This document shows positions 18,890 through 29,355 of a stretch of 64,000 nt of DNA, piece after piece. Each line of letters begins with the position of its first letter. Positions within the stretch are counted from its first letter, which is position 1. The notes beneath the pieces were generated by a model. That model saw only the letters and a program-made list of their open reading frames with translations, ran no database searches and was not told the origin of the DNA. The translations under genes and the position numbers were made by a program. The stretch comes from Hahella sp. (lineage in GTDB: Bacteria; Pseudomonadota; Gammaproteobacteria; Pseudomonadales; Oleiphilaceae), in contig JANQMN010000013.1 of NCBI GenBank assembly GCA_028280065.1, positions 44,916 to 108,915 on the forward strand, written 5' to 3'.

Positions 18890-20395
18890 TTGGGTAATTT
18901 TTTAGTGCTTTCAGTCCTGGACTACAGCTTTACTTATCGGCAAATTGTTGCGGCCTCGTTAGTGTTACTTGGCGCTTTACTGTTGCTGACCTTCTGTCTT
19001 CGATATTTTGCCCAGCGAAGGCAATGCGAGTTTCAAGAGCGCGACTTGCAACTCCTACAAAGCAAAATCGAAGAACTGCAGAACGAGTTGGAAACTACCA
19101 GGGAATCTTTACAGCAAAGCCGGCAGGAAGCCGAACATCAGTGGCAACTGGTAACCGAATACCGGGTGAAAAAAGACCATTTGGAAAATCGTCTTCAAGA
19201 GTTATCCGTGCAACTGGAAAATATGCAGCGCGATTGGGATGGTCTGACAAGCAAGAACAGTCGGCTCCAGTCCGATTTAACCCAGATCCGGACCGCCGCC
19301 GAAAAAGATCAGTTTCACCATAAGGAACGGCTTGCTTATATGGAGCAGTCGCGGGAACAACTTAAACAGGAATTTCAGGTGCTGGCAGGGAAGATTCTGG
19401 AAACCAACACCAGCAAATTAAGCGCCCATAGCGAGAATCAGCTTAAACAGGTATTGACTCCCATCAGTGAGCAATTGAAGACTTTCCAGAAAAAAGTCGA
19501 AGACGTATACGACAAGGAAGCTCAACAGCGATTTTCCCTGGTCAGCGAAATCACCAAATTGCAGGAATTGAATAAGCGCATTAGTGCCGATGCCATTGCC
19601 TTGACCAACGCATTAAAAGGTGAAAACAAGATCGCCGGCAATTGGGGAGAGGTTGTTCTCCAACGGTTATTGGAACTGTCCGGATTGACTAAGGACCGTG
19701 AGTACGTAGTGCAAAGCAATCACGTCAACGAAGCCGGTAACCGCTTGCAGCCGGATGTTTTGATTCGCCTGCCGGATGAGAAAGTCGTGATTATCGACTC
19801 GAAAGTCAGTCTGGTAGCCTACGAGAGCATGTACAATGCCGAATCCGAAGCGGATCAGGCGGCGGCTTTGCGGGATTTCGGCTTGTCTCTCCGCCAGCAT
19901 GTCAAAAGCCTGAGCAGAAAGAACTATCAGGAAATTCCAGGCGTTAACTCCCTGGATTTTGTATTGTTGTTCGTACCCATTGAAAGTGCCTTTGCCACGG
20001 CGATTGAACATGAGGCAAACATCTTTACCGAAGCGTACCAGCAAAACATCGTGATTGTGTCACCTTCCACCCTGCTGGCCACGTTGAAAATTATTCATAA
20101 CCTTTGGCGGCACGAATACCTGACCCGAAATGCCCAGGAAATCGCCCACCAGGCGGGCAGTTTATACGATAAATTTGCCAATTTCGGACAAGATCTTTTG
20201 GATGTCGGCCAACGCCTCAATCAAACCCAGAGTGCCTATCAACAAGCAATGGAAAGGCTGAGTTCGGGACGCGGTAACCTATTGTCAAGGGTGGAAAAGC
20301 TAAAAACGCTGGGAGCGCGCACCAGCAAAACGCTACCGCCAGCGTTACAACAAGCGGAAGAAGAAACCATCGATATAGAATCCGAGCAGAGTTAG
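18890..20395 (+). CDS. rmuC: DNA recombination protein RmuC
   Basis: N-terminal TM and coiled coil, GNWGEVVL, QPDVLIRLP, IIDSKVSL, FVPIE, VSPSTLLATL. Confidence 0.95.
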   Translation: MGNFLVLSVLDYSFTYRQIVAASLVLLGALLLLTFCLRYFAQRRQCEFQERDLQLLQSKIEELQNELETTRESLQQSRQEAEHQWQLVTEYRVKKDHLENRLQELSVQLENMQRDWDGLTSKNSRLQSDLTQIRTAAEKDQFHHKERLAYMEQSREQLKQEFQVLAGKILETNTSKLSAHSENQLKQVLTPISEQLKTFQKKVEDVYDKEAQQRFSLVSEITKLQELNKRISADAIALTNALKGENKIAGNWGEVVLQRLLELSGLTKDREYVVQSNHVNEAGNRLQPDVLIRLPDEKVVIIDSKVSLVAYESMYNAESEADQAAALRDFGLSLRQHVKSLSRKNYQEIPGVNSLDFVLLFVPIESAFATAIEHEANIFTEAYQQNIVIVSPSTLLATLKIIHNLWRHEYLTRNAQEIAHQAGSLYDKFANFGQDLLDVGQRLNQTQSAYQQAMERLSSGRGNLLSRVEKLKTLGARTSKTLPPALQQAEEETIDIESEQS

Positions 20396-20432
20396 TCTAA
20401 CTTTTTGAGGTTCAGCCAATGATAAAACGTGC

Positions 20433-21176
20433 ATGAGCTGGTTCGCAGATTTATCCGTTGTTACCCTTTGTTTGTTGGTCGGCAGCAGTTTTTTGGGGTC
20501 CTTCTTGACGGCCGCATTAGGTGTCGGCGGTGGTGCTTTTCTAATTACGATCATGGCAGATACGGTCCCGCCGTTAGCCTTGATACCTCTGCATGGTGTG
20601 GTGCAATTGGGTTCCAATGGCGGTCGCGCGGTATTGACGAGAAGGCACATACAGTACAGGGTGCTAGGCTTTTTTGTATTCGGAGCAGTAATTGCGGCGG
20701 GACTTTCCATAGCCTTGTTGAATCATCTTAATCCCGATTGGATACCCGTGCTGGTTGCCTGTTTCATCCTTTGGCTATGTTGGGGGCCTATTCCTGATAT
20801 TGGTCTTGGCAGGCATCCCCTGGGATTATTCTCAGGCGGGCTGGTTACAACTCTGGCCACCATGTTGTTCGGCGCTACCGGCCCGCTGGTTTCAGCCTGG
20901 TTGGGGAGAGAAGGTGTGGATAGATGGACATACACGGCTAATTTTTCGAGCTGTATGACCTTCCAACACTTGTTAAAGATAGCCGTTTTCGGATTGGCTG
21001 GGTTCGTATTTACACCCTGGTTGGGTGTCTTGGGATTGATGCTTCTGGCTGGCTACATCGGCACTAAAGCAGGGCTGCTGGTGCTAGGGAAATGGCCGGA
21101 TAAAATTTTTAAGCAAGTTTTCAGGGTGGTGTTAAGTTTGCTCGCCATCCGCATTATCTGGCAATGGTGGGGTTAA
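20433..21176 (+). CDS. TauE/SafE family (sulfite exporter-like) membrane protein
   Basis: LGVGGG motif, internal repeat with GATGPL, about 8 TM segments. Confidence 0.85.
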   Translation: MSWFADLSVVTLCLLVGSSFLGSFLTAALGVGGGAFLITIMADTVPPLALIPLHGVVQLGSNGGRAVLTRRHIQYRVLGFFVFGAVIAAGLSIALLNHLNPDWIPVLVACFILWLCWGPIPDIGLGRHPLGLFSGGLVTTLATMLFGATGPLVSAWLGREGVDRWTYTANFSSCMTFQHLLKIAVFGLAGFVFTPWLGVLGLMLLAGYIGTKAGLLVLGKWPDKIFKQVFRVVLSLLAIRIIWQWWG

Positions 21177-22354
21177 GACAAGGTTGCCCAGAAGCGTATT
21201 GACTGCAACCATTGCAAGTCGTCCAGCTTTGACTTCAGTTGGGTTTGCAGTGACTTGTGATCAGCACCGGCAGGCAGAGTGAACATGACTTCCAGATGTA
21301 CTTTTCCTTGCAGGTAATGAATCAGAATTTCCTTTACCGCTTCTTGCGGAAGTGTGCCTTCCCAGCGGTTATGGAGAATTTTTCTGATCTCGTCTCGCAT
21401 TGGCAGGGTATTCACTGTGGCTAGTTGATCCGCAAGTTTCCCGTCTTCTTCGGCATCGATATGCAGTGTCATGTCCGTTACATGTTTAACCTGTTTTTTA
21501 ATTTCTGACATGACTGCCAAACCAATCTGATGCCCTTCGGACACACTGATTTTCGGATCAACCTGTAAATGAATATCGAGCACAATATCCGGCCCGACAA
21601 AGCGGCCACGTAAAAAATGGGTGTCTTTAACGCCTTCGACCGATCTAATTAAGCTCTTAATTTCCCGCATCTTGTCTTTGGGGAGGGAAGTTTCGACGAG
21701 TTCCTTGAGGCTGGCCCAGGCCAGACTCCAGCCTATTTTCGCCACGAGCATAGCAACCGCCATCGCCGCCAGAGCGTCCAGCCATAGCCAACCTGCCATT
21801 GCGCCGATAATCGCCAGTAGCACGACGATGGACGATAAAGCGTCGGTTCGCGAATGCCAGGCGTTGGCAACGAGTAAGTCGGAGTTGAGCCTTTTGCCGA
21901 CGCGCAGGGTGTATTGATAAATCAGCTCCTTGCCGATTATCGACATTGCCGCAACGACGATGGCCGGCCATTGGGGAACGTTGGTGATACCGATGAAAAT
22001 CCACCGATAAAGGCTGTCATAGGCCATGGCGCTGGCGACGGCGATTAATAGGCCGCCTAGCAGCACCGTACCCAATGTTTCAAATTTGCCATGGCCGTAG
22101 GGATGCTCTTCGTCCGGGTCTTGCAACGAAAGGCGGGTGACCACCAGGACCATGATGTCTGTCGCCGCATCGGTGAAGGAGTGCACGCCATCGGCGATTA
22201 AGGCGTGGGAATGGGCGAGAAAGCCGATCACAACCTTGGCAAAACCCAACAGGACGTTAAGCGCCAATCCGACAAGTGTGACTTTGCGCGCGGCCTGCTG
22301 CTTTGCGGTCTTTTCCGGCGATGGTTTTCCGGGAACAATGGTAGCGATAGTCAT
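21173..22354 (-). CDS. cation diffusion facilitator family transporter
   Basis: ADGVHSFTD, HPYGHGKFE, NAWHSRTDALSS, DIHLQVDPKISVSEGH. Confidence 0.93.
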   Translation of the reverse strand: MTIATIVPGKPSPEKTAKQQAARKVTLVGLALNVLLGFAKVVIGFLAHSHALIADGVHSFTDAATDIMVLVVTRLSLQDPDEEHPYGHGKFETLGTVLLGGLLIAVASAMAYDSLYRWIFIGITNVPQWPAIVVAAMSIIGKELIYQYTLRVGKRLNSDLLVANAWHSRTDALSSIVVLLAIIGAMAGWLWLDALAAMAVAMLVAKIGWSLAWASLKELVETSLPKDKMREIKSLIRSVEGVKDTHFLRGRFVGPDIVLDIHLQVDPKISVSEGHQIGLAVMSEIKKQVKHVTDMTLHIDAEEDGKLADQLATVNTLPMRDEIRKILHNRWEGTLPQEAVKEILIHYLQGKVHLEVMFTLPAGADHKSLQTQLKSKLDDLQWLQSIRFWATLS

Positions 22355-22578
22355 TGAGTGCCTAGATTCCTTGGAACAGATTGCCGGGGATGGTTCTATA
22401 GAGTAAAGATTCTGCTTTCCAAGTATAGCGGTGAAATCAATTCAAACTGCTTTTTGCAAGAAAAGCTGATCTACCCAGTGCTAAGGAGTTTGCTATACTG
22501 GACATAATTTGCACAAGTGTCTCCCAAGCAATTGCGGCCGATTACAGATTGACCTGAAAACCCGTAGAGGATGCTTCT

Positions 22579-22866
22579 ATGACGATGTATTCAGATAGGC
22601 GACGTTACGCACGCCACGCCACTTGTCATCAGGTCTTGGTAAAGCAATCGGAGACGGATTGCGGTGTCGCCCAGGCAATAGATTGGTCGGAAGGCGGCGT
22701 TTTTGTCAGTACCCCCCAGCAACCGGCGGCCAAAGTGGGCGACCCGGTTTCCATCCAGGTGATCGGAATGTTCAAGGAAAAAGCGCCTGAAGCGAAATTG
22801 CGGGTTGTCCGCCGCTGTGGCGCAGGGCTCGGATTACAGTTCGAAATTGACGATGCCGTAAGATAA
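22579..22866 (+). CDS. stand-alone PilZ domain protein
   Basis: RRRYAR (RxxxR) and DWSEGG (DxSxxG) c-di-GMP binding motifs. Confidence 0.85.
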   Translation: MTMYSDRRRYARHATCHQVLVKQSETDCGVAQAIDWSEGGVFVSTPQQPAAKVGDPVSIQVIGMFKEKAPEAKLRVVRRCGAGLGLQFEIDDAVR

Positions 22867-22996
22867 CCAGTTCCCGGTCCTTGCTGCATGTAGATGAGAA
22901 TCTGTCAAATTTTCCAGGTGATAAGGCAGGTCCTAGGCAGCCAGCTTGTTTTTCCTAAATTGATTCAGTAGATCGCGTCTGAAAACTGCAATTTTC

Positions 22997-23014
22997 TTGT
23001 AATAATTACTACAA
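22997..23014. promoter_or_regulatory. 18-bp imperfect palindrome (HexR/RpiR-type operator candidate)
   Basis: TTGTAATAATTACTACAA is 16/18 self-complementary; it resembles the TGTART...AYTACA HexR-family motif. Confidence 0.35.
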
Positions 23015-23152
23015 AAACTTACATTGTTTTATCTATTTTTTCTAACTAATTGAATTTTAAGAAAAAATTTTATTGATTAAAAAATGATCAATTCGCTGAA
23101 AGGCGCTTTGCGCCAGGGCTTCTGAGAAAATATAGTGGCGATATCAACAAAG

Positions 23153-23175
23153 TTATCCACAGAAATAGTGGATAA
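23153..23175. promoter_or_regulatory. inverted pair of DnaA boxes
   Basis: TTATCCACA (perfect) at 23153-23161 and AGTGGATAA (one mismatch) at 23167-23175. Confidence 0.5.
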
Positions 23176-23315
23176 ATGACTAAAGTGAAATATTGTCCAA
23201 GCAATGCCATTTCAAATATAAAAGTGTCCTTTTATTCCGGTGACGGTTGGTTATAATAGCCGCCGGTTTGGCTCCGCTAGCAAGCCGCCCTTTCCCATCT
23301 GTATAGGTTATCGTC

Positions 23316-24374
23316 ATGCCCTATTCATTGGCTCGCCAGCTCCTATTTCGTTTATCTGCCGAAACTGCCCACGATATATCGCTAAAAGCCTTGAAAATGG
23401 CCGATCAAGCGCGAATATTGCCTCTCGTAATGCGCCAAGTGCAGGCCAATCCAGTGAATGTAATGGGTATTTCCTTTGCTAATCGAATCGGCTTGGCGGC
23501 CGGATTGGATAAAAATGGCGACTATATCGATGGATTGTCCAGTTTTGGATTTGGGTTTATCGAAGTCGGTACGGTAACCCCGCGACCGCAGCCGGGAAAC
23601 CCCAAGCCCCGCTTGTTTAGAATTATTGAAAGAGACGCCATTGTTAATCGCATGGGATTTAATAATCTTGGCGTTGACTACCTGGTGCAGCAACTGCGCC
23701 ACACCCGTTACCGGGGTGTCGTCGGTGTGAACGTTGGCAAGAACAAGGATACGCCGAACGAGCAAAGTGGCGATGACTATGTGGCTTGCATAGAAAAGGT
23801 CTACGACCTGGCTTCCTACATAACGATCAATATTTCCTCCCCTAATACTCCGGGATTGAGAGCCTTGCAGTTTGGCGATTCGTTGAAATCCATGTTGGCG
23901 CAAATCAAGGAATGCCAAACCCGCTTGCATGCGAAGTCCGGAAGTTATGTTCCGATGGCGGTAAAAATCGCGCCGGATATGTCGGACGATGAAATCGCTC
24001 TGGTGGCTCAGACGCTACTCGACCATGAGATGGATGGCGCAATTGCGACCAATACCACGCTCTCCAGAGAAGGTGTGGAAGGCCAGGAAAATGCCAAGGA
24101 ACAGGGTGGCCTGAGTGGTGCGCCCCTGACGAAACGCTCGACCTACGTCCTTAAAGTGCTTTGTGAGGCGATTGATGGCAGGATTCCGGTGATTGCCTCC
24201 GGTGGCGTAATGTCGGTCAGCGATGCGCTGGATAAGTTGAATGCAGGGGCACAACTGGTCCAGGTCTACAGCGGCCTGATTTATCATGGTCCCGGTTTGA
24301 TCAGAGACATGGCGGAAGCGACTGATCGGGCAGGCGTAAGGCAGACCGGCGCTCCGATGAAGCAATTTAACTAG
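23316..24374 (+). CDS. pyrD: dihydroorotate dehydrogenase (quinone)
   Basis: [48 protein letters not shown]. Confidence 0.98.
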   Translation: MPYSLARQLLFRLSAETAHDISLKALKMADQARILPLVMRQVQANPVNVMGISFANRIGLAAGLDKNGDYIDGLSSFGFGFIEVGTVTPRPQPGNPKPRLFRIIERDAIVNRMGFNNLGVDYLVQQLRHTRYRGVVGVNVGKNKDTPNEQSGDDYVACIEKVYDLASYITINISSPNTPGLRALQFGDSLKSMLAQIKECQTRLHAKSGSYVPMAVKIAPDMSDDEIALVAQTLLDHEMDGAIATNTTLSREGVEGQENAKEQGGLSGAPLTKRSTYVLKVLCEAIDGRIPVIASGGVMSVSDALDKLNAGAQLVQVYSGLIYHGPGLIRDMAEATDRAGVRQTGAPMKQFN

Positions 24375-24423
24375 CGAAAGCAGCTCAACTAACCGAAGAA
24401 CAAGAACACTATTCGAAAAATAG

Positions 24424-24444
24424 AAAGGCCCGCTTAGCGGGCCT
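24424..24444. terminator. hairpin between convergent pyrD and rmf
   Basis: AGGCCCGCT/AGCGGGCCT stem with a short A-run on the left (U-tract for rmf). Confidence 0.65.
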
Positions 24445-24485
24445 AAATGAGGGCCTTTAACCCTGCTGGAGAAAAGAAAAAAGTG

Positions 24486-24695
24486 TTAGGAAGCTAAACC
24501 GGGGGCTTTATGGATACCGGATACGCCGACAAATCCTTCCCAATGATCGGATCTGCCGTCCCTCCATCCGTTAATCCATTCTTGGCGCAGCTGGGGGCTT
24601 TCAGTAGGGCACAGATCTTTTGACCGACCGCTAATACCAACTCTGTAACCCTTGAGGTATGCTCTTTCGAACATATCACGTTTTTGTCTTCTCAT
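24486..24695 (-). CDS. rmf: ribosome modulation factor
   Basis: MRRQKRDMFERAYLKGYRVGISGRSKDLCP...WINGWRDGR matches the RMF pattern. Confidence 0.95.
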   Translation of the reverse strand: MRRQKRDMFERAYLKGYRVGISGRSKDLCPTESPQLRQEWINGWRDGRSDHWEGFVGVSGIHKAPGLAS

Positions 24696-25026
24696 TCTTT
24701 TGGAACCTCACCAGTTGTTTTTGAACCTTCTTAAACCAGCTCTGGCTGGCACAACGCTATTTTTATAACTCCTATGGTCCTGTAAATTGCAATGCGTGAA
24801 AGGAAAACTAACAAAGAAAAGTAGTGTCTTAGTGATTCGATATGATGTTAGGTTAATGAGAGATTGACTAAGACACTACAGATAAATTAATAGCCAAAAA
24901 TTTGGCTTAAGTACACAAATTATTTCATCTAAATGACACTTTTCTTATATTTTTGTGGAATTAAGTGTGGATAAGTTTTTGACTCATAATGGTCATTTCT
25001 TGTTCATTGCCTGCTAATTTTGCCGT

Positions 25027-27231
25027 TTGGTGGCGACGTTGAATTCTCAATATGAACTTTTTGTAACTTGCCCTAAAGGTTTGGAGCAGCTGTTAGCCGA
25101 TGAAGTTGCCAGTCTCGGGGCGAAACCGAGAAAGGTTTCGCCGGCGGGAGTCGAGCTGGAGACGGATCTTGCCGGTACCTACCGTTGTTGTCTTTGGTCG
25201 CGACTGGCAAACCGGGTTCTATTGGTGTTGGCACAGGGAGCGGTAGCAGATCGCCAAGCGCTGTTGCAACTCGCCGGGTGTGTGGATTGGAGTCGGTATT
25301 TGGCTCCCGGAGAACCCTACTGGATTGCGGCTTTTGGTGAAAGCGGCGGTATCAAACACTCGCGGTTTGGCGCACAAGTGGTGAAGGACGCTATAAACGA
25401 TCAGTTTCGAGCGGACGGGAAAGAAGTACCGGTTATTGATCAACAACGCGCCAGACAGTTCATTCAATTGAATTTGCGCAAAACCACCAGCCTTTGCCTG
25501 GATCTCTCAGGCCGTAGCCTGCATATGCGCGGCTATCGGGAAGAAGGTGAAGCAGCGCCGCTGAAGGAGAATCTTGCCGCGGCATTATTGCTGCGGGCCG
25601 GTTGGCAGGAACATTGTCATAAGACAGGAGTGATCTTCGATCCCATGTGCGGCTCGGGCACGCTGGTCATAGAAGCGGCGATGATGGCGATGGACCATGC
25701 TCCAGGTCTGCTGCATCCCAGGTTTGCCGTACATCATGCGAAATTTCACGATCCGGCCTGCTGGCAAGAAGTCCTGGCGGATGCCCAGGAGCGATCGGTA
25801 TTGGGAAAACGAGCATGGCGCGGGCTCTGTTTGGGGTCGGACCAAAATCCGCGCGTACTCCGCGCGGCGAAACGCAATCTCGCCAAGTCAGGGTTTGACC
25901 GCTGGATTGAATTCAAACAGGCCGATGCCACTGAAGAGCCGGTATTCGATCTGACGCCGCCTGAGGATGCCGAAGCCTTTCGATTGTTGATTTGCAACCC
26001 CCCTTATGGCGAGCGCTTGGGGCAGGAACTGGAACTGCGGGGCTTATACCAGAATTTCGGCCGCCGGTTGAAGAAGAGTTTTCCCGGCTGGCAGGTGGGG
26101 CTGTTTACTTCCAACCGACACTTGGCGAAAGAAACCGGGCTGCGGGCGGACAAGGAATACAAGCTGTTTAACGGCACCATTCCCACGTCGCTGTTCCTGT
26201 TTGAAGTGTTTGCCGAACGCTCGGAGCGGTCTGACGCCGCCGGGGTTGATGCAAATCGTGCCTTTTCCAAGCAGGCGCAAATGCTGGCCAATCGCATAAA
26301 CAAGAACCGCCAGAAGCTTCAGGGTTGGCTAACCCAGGAAGGCATTGAAGCTTACCGGGTGTACGATGCCGACATTCCGGAATATGCGGTGGCGATTGAT
26401 GTCTACCGGGAATATGCCTGTATTCAGGAGTACGCTGCGCCGAAAAGCATCCCGGAAGAAAAAGCGCGGCAACGCTTCCTGGACGTTTTGGAAGTAGCAC
26501 CCGCCTGTTTGAGTATTGCTTCGGGACAGGTGTTCAGCAGGCAGCGCAAACCGCAAAAGGGCAAAACCCAATACCAACGGGAACAGCAACGGAAGCGGGA
26601 GATTGAAATCCAAGAGTATGGCTGCAAGCTGCTGGTTAACTTGTCGGATTATCTGGATACGGGACTGTTCCTGGATCATCGGCCTATGCGCAAATATGTG
26701 CAAAAAGCGGCTGCTGGAAAAAGCTTTTTGAATCTCTTTTGCTATACCGCAAGCGTTTCGGTACATGCAGCCGCCGGGGGGGCGAAATCAACCACCAGTA
26801 TTGACCTGTCGAATACCTATTTGGAGTGGGCGCAGCGCAACTATGCGTTGAATGGTTTGCTTGAGAAAAAAGGCCACTCCGGTCAGTCAAAACACCGGTT
26901 TATTCGCGCGGATGCGATGCACTGGCTGGAGCAGGCGGATGAAAAGTTCGATCTGGTATTTTTTGATCCGCCGACGTTCTCCAACTCCAAAAGCATGCAG
27001 GGGACTTGGGATACCCAGCGTGATCATGGCAAAGCGATCACTTTAGTGATGCAGCATTTACAGCAGGATGGATTGCTGATTTTTTCGAACAACTTCCGGC
27101 GCTTTAAACTGGATCCCGGTTTGACGGAAACATTTCAGGTGGAAGACCAAACCCAGGCCAGTATTCCACGGGACTTTTCTCGTAACCGCCGAATTCATCA
27201 ATGTTGGTTTATCCGGCATCGGTCTGACTAA
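25027..27231 (+). CDS. rlmKL: bifunctional 23S rRNA m2G2445/m7G2069 methyltransferase
   Basis: THUMP domain, APLKENLAA, DPMCGSGT, NPPYGERL, YRVYDADIPEY, TGLFLDHR, LNLFCYT, DPPTFSNSK. Confidence 0.97.
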   Translation: MVATLNSQYELFVTCPKGLEQLLADEVASLGAKPRKVSPAGVELETDLAGTYRCCLWSRLANRVLLVLAQGAVADRQALLQLAGCVDWSRYLAPGEPYWIAAFGESGGIKHSRFGAQVVKDAINDQFRADGKEVPVIDQQRARQFIQLNLRKTTSLCLDLSGRSLHMRGYREEGEAAPLKENLAAALLLRAGWQEHCHKTGVIFDPMCGSGTLVIEAAMMAMDHAPGLLHPRFAVHHAKFHDPACWQEVLADAQERSVLGKRAWRGLCLGSDQNPRVLRAAKRNLAKSGFDRWIEFKQADATEEPVFDLTPPEDAEAFRLLICNPPYGERLGQELELRGLYQNFGRRLKKSFPGWQVGLFTSNRHLAKETGLRADKEYKLFNGTIPTSLFLFEVFAERSERSDAAGVDANRAFSKQAQMLANRINKNRQKLQGWLTQEGIEAYRVYDADIPEYAVAIDVYREYACIQEYAAPKSIPEEKARQRFLDVLEVAPACLSIASGQVFSRQRKPQKGKTQYQREQQRKREIEIQEYGCKLLVNLSDYLDTGLFLDHRPMRKYVQKAAAGKSFLNLFCYTASVSVHAAAGGAKSTTSIDLSNTYLEWAQRNYALNGLLEKKGHSGQSKHRFIRADAMHWLEQADEKFDLVFFDPPTFSNSKSMQGTWDTQRDHGKAITLVMQHLQQDGLLIFSNNFRRFKLDPGLTETFQVEDQTQASIPRDFSRNRRIHQCWFIRHRSD

Positions 27232-27238
27232 CGGCATG

Positions 27239-27502
27239 TCAAGGTTTCCAGAACGGCTTGTAAACCTCTTCCATGGCATCGGAGCGGGTAAGCCCGATAT
27301 CTTTAAGTTCATAGGATGATAACTGCGCCAGCGCCCGGCGTTGGTTGTGCCTGGCATGCCAAATGTTCAGTTTGCGAATGCAAGCAGCCGCCTTTGCAAG
27401 CAGTCCTGCCCAAAGCGTCCGCCATCGGAAAGCAGGCTTATCCGCTGTGGTCAGTATTGCATTGTTACCAATCGCTTGCTTGTGAGATGTCAGACTGGTC
27501 AT
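27239..27502 (-). CDS. DUF1127 (YjiS-like) small protein
   Basis: C-terminal QRRALAQLSSYELKDIGLTRSDA...KPFWK signature. Confidence 0.9.
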   Translation of the reverse strand: MTSLTSHKQAIGNNAILTTADKPAFRWRTLWAGLLAKAAACIRKLNIWHARHNQRRALAQLSSYELKDIGLTRSDAMEEVYKPFWKP

Positions 27503-27562
27503 GGTTCACTCCTCGCTGTTCAGTACGATAGTTATTCAAAAGCAATCACCGGATGCCTTCCA

Positions 27563-27577
27563 ATCGTTTGTTTGGAT
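27563..27577. promoter_or_regulatory. LysR-type T-N11-A box
   Basis: ATC-N9-GAT between the divergent DUF1127 and LysR genes. Confidence 0.45.
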
Positions 27578-27668
27578 CTCAAGGATTTGAATTCCTGATG
27601 GCGTTTCTTAGAGGCTTGAGGTTCAATAGGCAGGGTGAGCGTTACCCGTTGACGAGGGGTGAAAAAAG

Positions 27669-28580
27669 ATGGATTTAAACCAACTTCGGACATTTGTAAC
27701 TGTGGCGGCAGAAGGGCATCTAACCCGTGCCGCGGAGAGGTTATATACAAGCCAACCGGCAGTCAGCGCGCAACTGAAAGCGTTGGAGGAGTCGCTGGAC
27801 GTCGTGTTATTCGATCGCACGCCAAAGGGAATGCGGCTAACAGCCAAGGGCGAAGAGTTGCTGAAAATGGCGCAATCGACGCTGGACACGGCCGAAAATA
27901 TGGTTAGCAAAGCCCGGCAAATGAAAGGACAGATCATGGGCGAGCTGCGTTTTGGGGTGAATTCCGATCCTGGTTTTTTGCGGGTCGCCAAGTTGTTAAC
28001 TGCCTGCCGGGAACAGCATCCGAATATCACGCTGTCTGTTTTACAGAGCATCTCGCCGGAAATTCTTATGGATATTCGCAAGGGTAAACTGGATAGTGGC
28101 TTTTTCTTCGGACCAAGCACCACGGCAGATTTACATGTTATTCCGTTGGCAGAAATTCCTTCTGCGATTTTGGCGCCCCGCGCCTGGGCCGATAGGGTTC
28201 GCCAGGCGACACTGCAGGATTTGGCGCAATTACCCTGGATCTACGCCACCGACGACTGTCCCTTAGTGCCCATAGTCAAGGAACTTCTTAAAGGTGTCGC
28301 CGACGACGTTACCAAAACGGTATTGGTCAATAACGAAGAGGCGATTCGAGAATTTGTCCGCGCCGAGGCTGGTGTGGCGCTATTGCGACGGGACGATGCC
28401 GAACGGGCGGAGATAGAAGGCTGGGGTTTGCGTTGGCGCGGCGATTCACCGCCGATTCCGTTGAATGTAGCCGTTCAGGCCCGGCGTCTGCATGAACCTC
28501 TGATTCAAGCTTGGATAGGCTTACTTGAAGAAGTGTGGCCGGAAAGCCGGCAGTTGCAACAGGCTGAGCAGGTTGGCTGA
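27669..28580 (+). CDS. LysR family transcriptional regulator
   Basis: MDLNQLRTFVTVAAEGHLTRAAERLYTSQPAVSAQLKALEE HTH and a substrate-binding domain. Confidence 0.97.
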   Translation: MDLNQLRTFVTVAAEGHLTRAAERLYTSQPAVSAQLKALEESLDVVLFDRTPKGMRLTAKGEELLKMAQSTLDTAENMVSKARQMKGQIMGELRFGVNSDPGFLRVAKLLTACREQHPNITLSVLQSISPEILMDIRKGKLDSGFFFGPSTTADLHVIPLAEIPSAILAPRAWADRVRQATLQDLAQLPWIYATDDCPLVPIVKELLKGVADDVTKTVLVNNEEAIREFVRAEAGVALLRRDDAERAEIEGWGLRWRGDSPPIPLNVAVQARRLHEPLIQAWIGLLEEVWPESRQLQQAEQVG

Positions 28581-28613
28581 TGGTTCTGGGCGGAACCTTC
28601 TGTTTCCGGGGAA

Positions 28614-29270
28614 TTAGAATTCGTACTTCAAGGTGGCGCTCATTTGATAGGTGCGGATATCGGTAAGCGTATCTTTGTGGAGACGCCCAAACTCCAAGCC
28701 CGCCCAGAAGTCCTGATAGAGTCTTATATCCACTCCCAGCAAATAGCTGACGCTGAATGAACTATCCGTGAGATCCTCCGGCAACACTCGTTGCTGCTCC
28801 GAATCGGGATAGTCGACTTTGCCTATCATGTGAGTGAGACCGAATAACGCATGGAATTGCATATATTCGGTGGCGGGATATTGGGCTCCCATATACCAGC
28901 TGGCATAGTAGTCCAAACTGACTTCGACAAAGGGTTTTTGACCGGTTGCGTCCGGCGTATTGGAGACGGTTGTTTCCGTGGTATCGATTCCGAATCCGGC
29001 ACGAACTTCCGTTTTAACGTAGTCGGTGATATAGCTGCCAAAAATGAACGTAGCCGCAGATGCCGTTGCTTGTCGGTTGGAAAGAATATTTTCGAAGTCT
29101 AGTTGGGTCCAGCCTATCCCGGTGTAATAGACATCTTCTTTTTCTCCATCTGCCCAGCTTAAGGTGGCTATGCTCAGACTGAATATGCTGCAGAGTAGTA
29201 TGCGGATCACGGTATACCCATTAAACCTGGATTCTTGTTTGCCAGCAGTCTTCTTGGTTTTGTTAGGCAA
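28614..29270 (-). CDS. outer-membrane beta-barrel protein (OmpA-like TM / porin family)
   Basis: Signal peptide, alternating beta-strand pattern, C-terminal LKYEF aromatic terminus. Confidence 0.8.
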   Translation of the reverse strand: MPNKTKKTAGKQESRFNGYTVIRILLCSIFSLSIATLSWADGEKEDVYYTGIGWTQLDFENILSNRQATASAATFIFGSYITDYVKTEVRAGFGIDTTETTVSNTPDATGQKPFVEVSLDYYASWYMGAQYPATEYMQFHALFGLTHMIGKVDYPDSEQQRVLPEDLTDSSFSVSYLLGVDIRLYQDFWAGLEFGRLHKDTLTDIRTYQMSATLKYEF

Positions 29271-29355
29271 GACCGGTGGCGCGTGGCTGGCTTAGTCGTT
29301 GGAGCGGTATTGTGAAGTATGCTTTCCTCATAGTCACGGAAAACTGTCACAAAAA

